Shown here one piece after another: positions 31,203-40,731 of a DNA stretch of 64,000 nt. Under the pieces are notes generated by a model. That model ran no database searches and was not told where the DNA came from. It saw only the letters and a list, made by a program, of their open reading frames with translations. The stretch spans positions 25,067 through 89,066 of the IMG/VR virus record IMGVR_UViG_3300029611_000001. One strand, written 5' to 3'. Positions within the stretch are counted from its first letter, which is position 1. Each line of letters starts with the position of its first letter. Position numbers and translations under genes: made by a program. The DNA comes from a virus. Taxonomy: Duplodnaviria; Heunggongvirae; Uroviricota; Caudoviricetes.

Positions 31203-32783
31203 CTAACCGCCGTCAAATACCGTGATATTTCCGAGGTTAATGTGCTCAAATGCCTTAACCTGTTCTCCAGCAATTTCTTTCCACTGATTAACCATCTTGT
31301 ACTGGATGGCTATCTGAGGATTGGATTCTGCTGCTTCCACCATAGCCTTAAATCCGTCGGCTTCTGCCATTAACGACTTTTTCTTACCTTCGGCTTCTGC
31401 TTCCAACTTCATCTTAATAGCCTTTGCTTCGGCTTCTGCTTTTGCCAAATTGGCTGCTGCTTCAGCGGCAGCCCGGCGTTTAATCTTTTCTGCTTCAGCA
31501 TCAGCTTGCAAGATAGCCTCTTCCTTCTGGGTTTCAGCCGGCACAATCTTTTCAGCCTTAAGCGCAGCCTGAACTTTCTTAGCCTTAGCTTCTTCCACTT
31601 CTTTGTCGGCAAGCTCTTTTGCTGTTTTTACAGCCGCTTCCGATTTAACTTTTTCTTCTCCGGCCTTCTTTTCTGATTGAGCTTTGATGATCTGTAGTTC
31701 TGATACTGACACAGCAACCTCCTTCTGGGCATTGTTGTATCCTATAGACGCATTTTTCTCAGCCTCAGCCTTCTTAATCTGAGCTTCAGAGTCTTGTATT
31801 GCTATAGCCGCTTCCTTGTCAGCTTCAGCCTTATTCTTTCCGACTTCTTCCATTCTTTCAGCCTCAGCTTTGTTTACCTCAAGTTCTGCCTTAGATCTTG
31901 CAATCGCCGATTCTTTGTCAGCCAAAGTCTTTGCAATAACCGCAGCCCTATCTCTATCGGCTTGAGCTACACCGATCTGTTTTTCTTTATCGGTTAAAGC
32001 CAAAGCTACTTCTTTTTCTTTCTTTGTTTCAGCTACTACCGTTTCCTTTTCTTTTTCAGTATAGGCAATTTGAATCTCTTGCTCTTTTTGGGTATTAGCT
32101 ACAGCCGTTTCTTTTTCCTTTTGCTGTACAGCAATCTTAATAGCACCCAGCTTTTCCTGTTCTTCGATATTAGCCTGTGCTTCGTTCAGGGCCTTACTTT
32201 CAGCTTCTTTGCCAAGATTCATGATATAGCCGGCTTCGTCTCTGATGTCACTGATGTTGATATTTAGGAGGTAAAGGCCTAACTTATTAAGTTCGTTATC
32301 AATGTTTTTTCTTGCCTTATCCAAAAACTCATCCCTGTCAGAATTAAGTTTTTCAATCGTCATTTCAGCAATGATCAAACGCATTTGGCCATAAACGATA
32401 TCCGTAATAAGATTTTCAGTAGATTCAGTATCCATCCCCAAAAGCCTTTCTGCTGCATTCTGCATAATTTCAGGATTTGTGCTGATTGCTACTGTAATAG
32501 TAGTAGGTACATCCACTCTGATATTTTGAGACGACAAAGCACCGGTGAGCCTACAATCTATTTGCATAGGCTCCATAGACAAAATATCATAGCTTTGAAT
32601 AATAGGCAAGACGAATGCCGCTCCACCATGATATAATTTCGCCGATTTCTTTTCCCCACCTGTCTTACCATAAACGACCAAGACTTGATTAGGCTTACAT
32701 CTACGATACCTTGATAAGACTCCGATGATTGTCAAAATAATCACTACAGCTAAGATAGCTGACACGTACATGATTGTTGTCAT
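31203..32783 (-). CDS. Flotillin / SPFH (band 7) family protein, YqiK-like, with long A/E/K coiled-coil tail
   Basis: N-terminal TM, VLVVYGKTGG...YHGGAAFVLPIIQSYDILSMEP SPFH core, EA-repeat coiled coil. Confidence 0.8.
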   Translation of the reverse strand: MTTIMYVSAILAVVIILTIIGVLSRYRRCKPNQVLVVYGKTGGEKKSAKLYHGGAAFVLPIIQSYDILSMEPMQIDCRLTGALSSQNIRVDVPTTITVAISTNPEIMQNAAERLLGMDTESTENLITDIVYGQMRLIIAEMTIEKLNSDRDEFLDKARKNIDNELNKLGLYLLNINISDIRDEAGYIMNLGKEAESKALNEAQANIEEQEKLGAIKIAVQQKEKETAVANTQKEQEIQIAYTEKEKETVVAETKKEKEVALALTDKEKQIGVAQADRDRAAVIAKTLADKESAIARSKAELEVNKAEAERMEEVGKNKAEADKEAAIAIQDSEAQIKKAEAEKNASIGYNNAQKEVAVSVSELQIIKAQSEKKAGEEKVKSEAAVKTAKELADKEVEEAKAKKVQAALKAEKIVPAETQKEEAILQADAEAEKIKRRAAAEAAANLAKAEAEAKAIKMKLEAEAEGKKKSLMAEADGFKAMVEAAESNPQIAIQYKMVNQWKEIAGEQVKAFEHINLGNITVFDGG

Positions 32784-32814
32784 AACTTTTAAAATTTAAT
32801 TGTTGATAAAAAAA

Positions 32815-33309
32815 TTAGATACTTAATTCTCCTTCTTCATATTTTATATTCGCCTTGTCGCCGTTTTTGTAGGTTTTTCCAGACAAGCATCTTACTCTCA
32901 TTTGCTCTTGTCTTCCATTTTTCGAAATATTTACCATATAATGATTCTTCCCTGATCTAAATACTATCTCCACCTCTCTGCCATTTAAATCTTCCGGACA
33001 TTCGTACACCATTTCTTGTTTTAACTTAAGAAGTAACTTATATACGTAAAACAAAACGATAAAGAAAAACGACCCTATCACAACCCCTACTAAATGGGAA
33101 CCCGAAAAGTAGGTAGTCCAGCTATATCCAAGAATAAAATGTGTTATGCCCTTGAATGATATGATGTCCGACAAAGACATACTTAAATCAGAAGCACTGT
33201 CAATGTCAATATCCGTATCCAGATCAGATCCTAATATCGACAACAAAAACTGTATAACAAAAGCAAATGACGCTATTAAAGCCATGCATAAAATTATGTC
33301 ACTTCCCAT
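32815..33309 (-). CDS. NfeD-like (YqiJ-type) membrane protein with C-terminal OB-fold
   Basis: Multiple TM helices plus C-terminal beta-rich GREVEIVFRSGKNHYMVNISKNG...; sits immediately upstream of flotillin, as in yqiJK operons. Confidence 0.6.
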   Translation of the reverse strand: MGSDIILCMALIASFAFVIQFLLSILGSDLDTDIDIDSASDLSMSLSDIISFKGITHFILGYSWTTYFSGSHLVGVVIGSFFFIVLFYVYKLLLKLKQEMVYECPEDLNGREVEIVFRSGKNHYMVNISKNGRQEQMRVRCLSGKTYKNGDKANIKYEEGELSI

Positions 33310-33550
33310 ACCCTTCTGTTATTATTTTGTAAACAAGATCAGTCATATCTTTGATGGTCTCCATATCATAATCAATAATAACAATATTGAATTTTTGTTC
33401 CACCATCACTTCCAGTTCAATTTGATCAACAGAATCTAATCCAAGTTCTTTAAACGTCACATCTTCTTCATGAACTATATCTATTTCCGAATTAAGAAAC
33501 TGAGTAATAATTATATCCTCTATTATCTTTCTGATTCTTACTTTTTCCAT
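33299..33550 (-). CDS. Acyl carrier protein-like (phosphopantetheine-binding)
   Basis: LGLDSVDQIELEVMVEQKFNIVI matches the ACP DSL motif and helix II. Confidence 0.7.
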   Translation of the reverse strand: MEKVRIRKIIEDIIITQFLNSEIDIVHEEDVTFKELGLDSVDQIELEVMVEQKFNIVIIDYDMETIKDMTDLVYKIITEGYGK

Positions 33551-34251
33551 TGCTTTCTAATTTTGTTAAATAAATACGTTTTTATGTTTTTCAATCGCTC
33601 TTTGTCTGTTTCCGAACTTCCGGTAAACAAATAATCCGGATTTCCTTTAGCCGGCGGCGTAGGCAATTTAGATACGGCAAACAACCAATCCATTTCCTTA
33701 TTCTTCTTAGACTCCAAATAAGGCTCGGTAGCGATCTTAAATTTTTCAGCTATTAAGTCAAAGAGCTTTGAGTTTTTAAGGTTCATATGGACTGAAAAAG
33801 CCTGAGAAGGCGGTTTCCATATGAAGTTACATAAGCTCATTGTGTAATCTCCTGACTCTGCTATATAAGATTCTGTTACCTGAAGTATGACCTCTTTCTT
33901 AAATGAGGTGTTACCCATAAACCAACACAATCTGGATTCCGCTTCTTTTCTGCTGACACCTATGTCTTTTGAATATGATTCGTACATTCCTATCATAATC
34001 TTCAACGTTTCCAGAACCTCGTCCGTCATTTCCGGTGTCTCTATATAATTCACAAAAGACGTTCCTTTGTTGGTTAATCTCATCACGCCTGATTTTAATT
34101 TCTCAACCAGGCCAAGCTCTATATATCTCCCAGCATCTTCTTCCGGCATGGCTTCGATCATAACCGAATCCTTCTGTCTTATGGCAAGAAGATTAGCAAG
34201 ATCATTAGGAGTCATGTCTGATGCTGCAAGTTGTCTGAAATTGATGTACAT
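33538..34251 (-). CDS. Hypothetical protein (237 aa)
   Basis: ORF; weak resemblance of SRKEAESRL to a PPTase motif, not sufficient for a call. Confidence 0.55.
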   Translation of the reverse strand: MYINFRQLAASDMTPNDLANLLAIRQKDSVMIEAMPEEDAGRYIELGLVEKLKSGVMRLTNKGTSFVNYIETPEMTDEVLETLKIMIGMYESYSKDIGVSRKEAESRLCWFMGNTSFKKEVILQVTESYIAESGDYTMSLCNFIWKPPSQAFSVHMNLKNSKLFDLIAEKFKIATEPYLESKKNKEMDWLFAVSKLPTPPAKGNPDYLFTGSSETDKERLKNIKTYLFNKIRKQWKK

Positions 34252-34253
34252 GC

Positions 34254-34460
34254 CTAATCAGCTTTAATAAAAATAACATCCTTGTTATCCTCCCTCTCCG
34301 CGTGATTACACGGACCTGCAACCACACCCACTGCCCCGCATGTAAAGTAATTAAATATACATCCTTCACATCCTGCATCTGGTGCCGTAGGTTCCACGCA
34401 TTTTAATCTCACAAGTCCGGCATCAAACACTTCTCCTATTTTAAATTCCTTCTTTTCCAT
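34254..34460 (-). CDS. Small Cys-rich protein (68 aa)
   Basis: ORF; CEGCIF...C...C. Confidence 0.45.
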   Translation of the reverse strand: MEKKEFKIGEVFDAGLVRLKCVEPTAPDAGCEGCIFNYFTCGAVGVVAGPCNHAEREDNKDVIFIKAD

Positions 34461-34475
34461 ATTTCCTCCTTGTTT

Positions 34476-35078
34476 TTAACTGTTGTATCCTTCTTTGATA
34501 ATCGAATTTCTACCGGTAGATACCGACTGTCGAAGATCGTCATGTACAGAATCTACCGTAGAATACTTGTTTCTGGTTGTAAAAATCACTTCCAGCATCT
34601 CCTTGTAATCACCTAAAGCCACTTCGTATCTTGGATCCACTTTGGCTTTTCTTTCAGCCTCGGCATTACTTTTAGCCAGCTCTCGGTCGAGAAGATCTTC
34701 TTTGATTCGGTCAGCAATCATATCAAGTTCTTTTTTAATAACTTCTCCTGCTGCCCGAAGTTGACCTTCTACGTCACCAAGCTGGTCTTGGACGGTTCCT
34801 ATTTCTTTCTTTAGGCGATCGTATTCGTTAATCATACCCATATCACCTGCATAGCCGGAAAAGTCCTTGATTATTCTGGTTCCTTCTTTAAGGAGCTCAA
34901 TAACTCGTCTTTTACGTTCTCTGCTTATTAAAGACGGAAGACGATAATTCATATCCGCCACCGCCTTATCATGTATGGAGTTGATTAAAAACATCTCTCT
35001 TTCATCTCCTGCAAACTCAGTAAGAACCAAAAGGAACTTACTTATCAGGTATTCGTTTTCTTCTACTGTCAGTCTCAT
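34476..35078 (-). CDS. Hypothetical coiled-coil protein
   Basis: ORF 34476-35231 trimmed to internal ATG 35078 to avoid a 139-nt overlap with the helicase gene. Confidence 0.5.
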   Translation of the reverse strand: MRLTVEENEYLISKFLLVLTEFAGDEREMFLINSIHDKAVADMNYRLPSLISRERKRRVIELLKEGTRIIKDFSGYAGDMGMINEYDRLKKEIGTVQDQLGDVEGQLRAAGEVIKKELDMIADRIKEDLLDRELAKSNAEAERKAKVDPRYEVALGDYKEMLEVIFTTRNKYSTVDSVHDDLRQSVSTGRNSIIKEGYNS

Positions 35079-35092
35079 GGTTCTTATTTTTT

Positions 35093-36226
35093 TTAATACA
35101 ATGACCGTTCTTCTTTTGTCTCTTGTTCTTGTTCCTGATTGTCCGTAACGTCTTCCACAGTATAGAGCTTGGGCGGCGTCGGCGGCTGGTTGGGGTTCAC
35201 GAACTTCGTCCCGCCCTCCCCGTACATCCATCCATGCCCCGGCAGAATCTCTGGGTGGATTGTATTAGTAAGCTCTTCCATACTAACTTGCCTTACCTTC
35301 AGTATATGATGAAACACCAGTCCGGCTGTCCTGAATGATGTTTTGTTTTCAGTTTTAAACCTATCAAGAGTCTGATACCAATCTTTCCCAAATATCATAT
35401 ACTTATCCAGCCCGTACCTACGAGGATTGTGCAAACCTATCATTAACGTACATAACTGACCCAGCGTATCAGATTGGTAAAAATCAGAAAGACGCGGAGG
35501 CTGCTCTTGTGGGCTTTTTATCCTTCCTTCTATCTCTCTGTTGAATTGTGATATGATGAGGAAAAATATGTTTTTATATACTAATTTAGCTTCGTTCATA
35601 ACCGCCACCAAATCATCTATAGCCGACTTAGGATCTAACCCCATTCTTTTTATCAAAGCAATATGATCGACTTTAAATATTATAAGACGTTTGTCTTTGT
35701 GTTTGGTAGCTATATGATACACAGCCGCCTCAAACTCTTTTACCGTACACGGAGCATCGATGTATATTATATTATTCCTGATTTCACCTTGAAGGATTTC
35801 AAACATCCTCATCTCTTCCACTGTATTAGAATCTTGCCTTCTTAATATTTCAGGAGCCCGCTTTTTCATATCCTGGCTCATTCTACGAAGAAGAAGATCT
35901 TGAGGATTCATTTCGAACTCGCAATTAACAAGAAAATAATCTTCTGCTTGCGGGTTGATCATCGGATTCATCACATTTTCCAATATCTTTTGGGCCACAT
36001 ACGATTTACCTACAGATGGCCGGGCTCCTATGGCAATAGCTTGCTGAGGGAAAATACCTCCAAGCAAAGCCTCATCAATATAATCGTATCCGGTTTTAGC
36101 GGGGATAAGCTCTCCCCGCCTGTATTTCAAGATATTCTCATACGCCTCTTCCATGACCTGTTTAGAGGTCTTGAATATCCTTCTTATATCTATCCTATTT
36201 GCTATCTCCTCGTGCATTTTTGTCAC
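35093..36226 (-). CDS. DnaB-like replicative helicase (RecA-like C-terminal domain only)
   Basis: YDYIDEALLGG...IGARPSVGKS Walker A; ISQFNREIE (SQLNR-like) motif. Confidence 0.8.
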   Translation of the reverse strand: MTKMHEEIANRIDIRRIFKTSKQVMEEAYENILKYRRGELIPAKTGYDYIDEALLGGIFPQQAIAIGARPSVGKSYVAQKILENVMNPMINPQAEDYFLVNCEFEMNPQDLLLRRMSQDMKKRAPEILRRQDSNTVEEMRMFEILQGEIRNNIIYIDAPCTVKEFEAAVYHIATKHKDKRLIIFKVDHIALIKRMGLDPKSAIDDLVAVMNEAKLVYKNIFFLIISQFNREIEGRIKSPQEQPPRLSDFYQSDTLGQLCTLMIGLHNPRRYGLDKYMIFGKDWYQTLDRFKTENKTSFRTAGLVFHHILKVRQVSMEELTNTIHPEILPGHGWMYGEGGTKFVNPNQPPTPPKLYTVEDVTDNQEQEQETKEERSLY

Positions 36227-36518
36227 CTTTTGTATCCGATTTGGATCCCCTATTAGCTTTTACTGATTTATACCTAAGACCGTTCTTGGTATGAGAACAA
36301 TCCTTTCCTTTTCTCCAGCCCTTACCCTTCTTCTTGTCCGTTTCGTAGTTTTTACGACCAAGCTCTCGGCGTTTGGCTTTCTGTTCCGGTCTGGCATTTA
36401 TCTCCTTGTCCTTTTTAGCCTTTTTCTTCCTGGCTTCGGGATGAGTCCTGTAGTACTCTGTTGATCTGCCCATGTGCTTATATTTTTTTTTGATTAATAA
36501 TAGCACAAAGATAGGCAA
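36195..36518 (-). CDS. Highly basic Lys/Arg-rich small protein
   Basis: ORF; KKKAKKDKE...GKGWRKGKD. Confidence 0.45.
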   Translation of the reverse strand: MPIFVLLLIKKKYKHMGRSTEYYRTHPEARKKKAKKDKEINARPEQKAKRRELGRKNYETDKKKGKGWRKGKDCSHTKNGLRYKSVKANRGSKSDTKGDKNARGDSK

Positions 36519-36526
36519 TTCGCGCC

Positions 36527-37093
36527 CTATTTCAACCTGCCGTAGCTCATATCAGGATCACACCAGACATATCCGTCTTTCTCATCATGAAGATACTCAG
36601 GACATCCTCTACATGCGCTACTGCCTGACACTATTTGATTGTTTTTATTAGGGCACTTATCTCCAGGCTTATGCCATTCTATTCTCGAACCTGATCGCTC
36701 TTTGTTTACATGACAGAACTGAAATATTTTCCCCATCGTCTTCTCTCCGAACATACCTATATGTGTGTACTCTTCCGGTATAGAGAGAAATTCAGATAAA
36801 TCTTTATACATCCTTTCCCGTTCCTCCGGCGTAGACCATAGTCTGTCAAGTTCGGCATGGACTCTTATCTTAAGAGACCTCAGTGATGGCCCCGCAAGCC
36901 GGCCTTTAGCTTTTCCCTTATTCGGCCCTGATTCATGAACACCGACATAAGCATTGCATGGTTTACACATCATAACCATCCCTAATCCTTTTCTGTTATA
37001 TATTTTATCGGCATTGACCAGCTCGGTTTCTTTTCCGCAATAAGGACAAATTTCGCCTCTTAAAACCCGTTGTTGGCGCTCATTAAGTTCCAT
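36527..37093 (-). CDS. Zinc-ribbon protein (188 aa)
   Basis: CPYCG...CKPCN, C...CRGC. Confidence 0.55.
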   Translation of the reverse strand: MELNERQQRVLRGEICPYCGKETELVNADKIYNRKGLGMVMMCKPCNAYVGVHESGPNKGKAKGRLAGPSLRSLKIRVHAELDRLWSTPEERERMYKDLSEFLSIPEEYTHIGMFGEKTMGKIFQFCHVNKERSGSRIEWHKPGDKCPNKNNQIVSGSSACRGCPEYLHDEKDGYVWCDPDMSYGRLK

Positions 37094-37335
37094 ACCCTAT
37101 TCTTTTGTTTTTCTTTAAACTTTTCATACAAACTGCTTTCAGTTTCCATTTCCGAAATCTCTACCTCTACGTCCTCTCTTTTGAAAATTACTTTCTTGGC
37201 TGTCGGATATGCACATTTAGAGATACGAATAGCATTACGAATAGCGTAAACAAAATACGTTTCTGGTGACGATTCGATCACCACTACCTCATTTAAAGTG
37301 TTTTTGTAATTTTCCATATTATCTGCTTGCTTCAA
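37060..37335 (-). CDS. Hypothetical protein (91 aa)
   Basis: ORF. Confidence 0.45.
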   Translation of the reverse strand: MKQADNMENYKNTLNEVVVIESSPETYFVYAIRNAIRISKCAYPTAKKVIFKREDVEVEISEMETESSLYEKFKEKQKNRVWNLMSANNGF

Positions 37336-37672
37336 TTATATAACCAGGATGATCTTCACACGCCTCTTTGTATTCGATAAGAAACTTAAGAAATGAATCA
37401 TAAGACCCCCATCCGTTTTCTGGTTCGTATCTCAAAAGACTCTTTCTCTTGGAGATCATAATATATATACCTTTTGTGAGTATCTTCACCATCTCCTTAG
37501 TATCTATTTCCCTACCCAATTCTTCCGGTCTCCAAACATAATCGTATAGTGTTTCTTTGTTTTCTGATACGAATATTTTTTGTGCCATCTTGTTCATGTT
37601 GTGGGTGATGTTTGCAACCCATTTACGATCCTCTTCTTTCTTCTTGCTCTTAATATAAACGTCCAGGCTCAT
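37319..37672 (-). CDS. Hypothetical protein (117 aa)
   Basis: ORF. Confidence 0.5.
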   Translation of the reverse strand: MSLDVYIKSKKKEEDRKWVANITHNMNKMAQKIFVSENKETLYDYVWRPEELGREIDTKEMVKILTKGIYIMISKRKSLLRYEPENGWGSYDSFLKFLIEYKEACEDHPGYIIEASR

Positions 37673-38663
37673 AATATTTCTCTTTTACTTTGTTATTAAT
37701 TATCAAATCTGCCACATCATCTCCGTCCCCTACATTCTCAACACTCTGAAGATAGTCCGATACTTTTATCCTTGACTTCATCATCATCCCATCTATCTTT
37801 TTACTCCATGTGTCAAATGCTTGTCCTTTGTCCGGAAAAGCTACAGTCTTTCTATCTTTTAAAACATCTATCACTTCCGGCCTTAGATTCTGCAACCCAC
37901 CGGTAGCTACAAATAACTCATCCGGTTTATTCACAGCGCATATAATAGCCGTCTTTTCTGATTCCACCAGATTAACCACCTTATCCGGATACTGGCTTAG
38001 AAGATGCTCTCCGAACAGGCATTGCCTAAACAAGAAGTCTCTTGCATGCAACGAGTGATAAAACATAACATGAGGCCGCTCATTGTCACCGTCTTTTTCC
38101 TTCACTCTTTTTACATCAATCTCATTCCCCTGGCTGTCGGTCTTTATATAAAAGTCCATGATCTTGCCGGTTCTACATACAAAATCTTTGTCTATCTGCC
38201 AGAATATACAACACCCTTTCCATCCCCATAAATCCATTGTTCCGACATGGTACCTTCTGAACACATCAGACACCCTTTCTTTCCCCCACAGAGACGATAA
38301 AAATCTAAATACGGTGTTTCTATCGTCTGGAACCACAGTCCTCTCAAACTCGCTAAAAGGTATGTAATTTACAACATCAGGATTTACAGGAGGACGATAA
38401 GCTCTTATACACTTATTTCCCGAAATCCAAAGATCTTTGTCACCTACATCCTTACCAGTAGGTCGTTTATCATAACCGCAAGTCCGTTCATGATCGCATC
38501 TTCCGAACTCGTTTCCAACAACCTGACCTGTTGCCACATCAATATAAGGAGTGAGGCACCGGCTTTTCCCACAAGCCGGGCAGGTTAGCTTCAGTCGGCT
38601 CCTGCCAGGTCTGCGGTCAAGTTGAAACCGAGGTACGTTTTCGTATTTTCTAAAATCAAGCAT
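37650..38663 (-). CDS. Putative DNA primase (N-terminal CHC2-like zinc ribbon, C-terminal TOPRIM-like region)
   Basis: CPACG...RCDHERTC zinc ribbon; location next to the DnaB-like helicase. Confidence 0.45.
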   Translation of the reverse strand: MLDFRKYENVPRFQLDRRPGRSRLKLTCPACGKSRCLTPYIDVATGQVVGNEFGRCDHERTCGYDKRPTGKDVGDKDLWISGNKCIRAYRPPVNPDVVNYIPFSEFERTVVPDDRNTVFRFLSSLWGKERVSDVFRRYHVGTMDLWGWKGCCIFWQIDKDFVCRTGKIMDFYIKTDSQGNEIDVKRVKEKDGDNERPHVMFYHSLHARDFLFRQCLFGEHLLSQYPDKVVNLVESEKTAIICAVNKPDELFVATGGLQNLRPEVIDVLKDRKTVAFPDKGQAFDTWSKKIDGMMMKSRIKVSDYLQSVENVGDGDDVADLIINNKVKEKYYEPGRLY

Positions 38664-39006
38664 TTTTAACTCCTCTCATTGCCTCTATGATTCTATCTGC
38701 TATAGTTATAGACCATGACACCACATCTGGTACATATACTCCGCAATCTATTTCACCTTTTCTATTTTGTGCTTTAACAAACTCAATAGAATAAGCCTTA
38801 ATAAGATCGAATCTACGTTGCTCCCAGTCTACATCTTTGTTTTCGTCATTTACAGGAAGGGTATCGAGATAAAAATTTAAACTCTCACTTATCACATTCC
38901 CATTATCACCATAGAACTGTATTCTGTCATGGTCGCTTCTTGTAGTTGAGCTACTGAAAGTGATTACGTCTATTATCTCTCCTGTTCTTCTAATTTTTCT
39001 TTTCAT
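38656..39006 (-). CDS. Hypothetical protein (116 aa)
   Basis: ORF. Confidence 0.5.
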   Translation of the reverse strand: MKRKIRRTGEIIDVITFSSSTTRSDHDRIQFYGDNGNVISESLNFYLDTLPVNDENKDVDWEQRRFDLIKAYSIEFVKAQNRKGEIDCGVYVPDVVSWSITIADRIIEAMRGVKNA

Positions 39007-39236
39007 ACTCTTCTTGTATTTCTGACCAATATAGGCATTATTATTTCGATGGTCTTGCCATATTTCTTATGAGATGCAAGTACACATATTGCATATTTAT
39101 CTCCTATTTTCAAATCTTTCGATAATCTTAATCTCGAACCCCTTTTGATGTTAATAAAATAATCACCAAAAGGATTGATGCATATCGGTTTTACGATTTC
39201 TATATAATCTCCTTCAGGAATAACAATATCGTTCAT
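39003..39236 (-). CDS. Hypothetical protein (77 aa)
   Basis: ORF. Confidence 0.45.
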   Translation of the reverse strand: MNDIVIPEGDYIEIVKPICINPFGDYFINIKRGSRLRLSKDLKIGDKYAICVLASHKKYGKTIEIIMPILVRNTRRV

Positions 39237-40549
39237 ATTATGAATCTTTTAGACATTTCCTCTGCAATATCATACACGACCGTATGATCCTCTTCATTGT
39301 ACGGCTTATTGATATTCAGCACTCCTTTTCTCACTTTGAACTTCTTATCTTTTCTAAGGTGATTCAACATTCCTTGTTGGAACACGCAGTCCGCCTTTTC
39401 AAGTGCTATACTGTCTTCTGTCCATTCTTTCAACGTATATCCTTTGCTGCTCGTGCTTTTTGGAGAAAAGTTCATAATACGTGCATCAATCCCATACCAT
39501 GCTTTAACCATTCTTCTTTCAGCTTCTAATTGAAATGCGTATGATTCCCATATTCCCCCTGATTTAAAGTCGAGAATAACCACTTCTTCCTTCTCCACGT
39601 CTCTTACCTCCTTCTTCGGATCACCTTTTTTGAACTGCCCTGTGGCCCTTTGATACACGGCTCCAAAATAACCTTCTTCTTTGTATTTGAATGTCATTTT
39701 AACCATCGCATCTATCGGCGTAGCTACCAAATAGTCCTCTAATGACAATATTCTTTCAATCATCATCGGCTTAACCTTATACTCTGAACAAAATTTGGCA
39801 AACTTCATAATTCTGACAATCATATCATCAAGATCATCTATGCTATTAAAGAATCGGTCAAGATTTTTCTTCGATATCTTCAGCTTACCTTCTTGTACGG
39901 TCTTAACTATAAAACTTCGATTTAAGACCATATCTCTACCTGTTAGGTACAATCCGTATAAGTAGTGCATGATCGTTCCCTTATCAGCTTCATACTGCGC
40001 CACCTCTTCCGGATTGCGACCAAGCATCTTCATCTCTTGCTTCCATTCCTGAAGTGCGGTCTTATCATCTACATACCCATCTTTGATTAAAGTTGTTACT
40101 GAAGCATATATCTTGGCCGTCCCATCATCCATCTTCCTTACATAAAAACGATTATCGTCTAATGTCAATCTTACGAATTTGGGAGTCTCAATCTTCTTTA
40201 ACTCATCACAGATATAAAACGGCTCTAACGTTTCCTGATTTTCTGTAAACGGATTCGAATCTTCCTCTCCAGGGTTAGGATCTGCTTCCTCTGCCGGAGC
40301 TTCCGGTTCTTCTCCCTGGGCCTGCTCTGGCTCAGGCGCCGGCTCTTCAACTACTGGAACCTGTCCGCCTCTTTCTGCTATGTCTCTGTTCTTTATTAAA
40401 GACATAACCTCCTTCTTCAACTGCTCTGGTGTTTGATTAGGATCTGACACCGACATCACAACATCGTTCATTCTAAACAACGTATTTCTTTCTCCTTCCA
40501 CCATAGGAACAAATCCTAAATCTGTCAATATTTTTATTTTCTCTTTCAT
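39233..40549 (-). CDS. Possible YqaJ/lambda-exonuclease-like PD-(D/E)XK nuclease with acidic Pro/Glu-rich N-terminal linker
   Basis: ATPIDAMV ... VVILDFKSGG ... YAFQLEAERRMV resembles the ExK plus YxxQ motifs of YqaJ-type exonucleases. Confidence 0.35.
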   Translation of the reverse strand: MKEKIKILTDLGFVPMVEGERNTLFRMNDVVMSVSDPNQTPEQLKKEVMSLIKNRDIAERGGQVPVVEEPAPEPEQAQGEEPEAPAEEADPNPGEEDSNPFTENQETLEPFYICDELKKIETPKFVRLTLDDNRFYVRKMDDGTAKIYASVTTLIKDGYVDDKTALQEWKQEMKMLGRNPEEVAQYEADKGTIMHYLYGLYLTGRDMVLNRSFIVKTVQEGKLKISKKNLDRFFNSIDDLDDMIVRIMKFAKFCSEYKVKPMMIERILSLEDYLVATPIDAMVKMTFKYKEEGYFGAVYQRATGQFKKGDPKKEVRDVEKEEVVILDFKSGGIWESYAFQLEAERRMVKAWYGIDARIMNFSPKSTSSKGYTLKEWTEDSIALEKADCVFQQGMLNHLRKDKKFKVRKGVLNINKPYNEEDHTVVYDIAEEMSKRFII

Positions 40550-40731
40550 GATCTTCCTCTAATCAATTCTTCTTTAATACAATGTAACACTGTTTCCACT
40601 TCATCTTTATCTTTATCTTTCACTGCGATAGCTATATCCTTACCATAACTCTCTCTCTGTATGTGAGCATAAAAGATAGTTTCATTGTCAGCTTCTATTC
40701 TTATTTTATAAAGTTTTCTCATATCTGTCAA
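40546..40731 (-). CDS. Hypothetical protein (61 aa)
   Basis: ORF. Confidence 0.4.
   Translation of the reverse strand: MTDMRKLYKIRIEADNETIFYAHIQRESYGKDIAIAVKDKDKDEVETVLHCIKEELIRGRS

Noticed and set aside
33538-34251. Phosphopantetheinyl transferase next to the ACP gene
   Set aside because: Only a weak SRKEAESRL resemblance to the PPTase W/FxxKEA motif was seen, with no GxD motif. The evidence is insufficient.
36195-36518. Histone-like or DNA-condensing protein call for the Lys/Arg-rich ORF
   Set aside because: The call would rest on composition alone, and the ORF overlaps the helicase gene start. It is kept as a low-confidence hypothetical.
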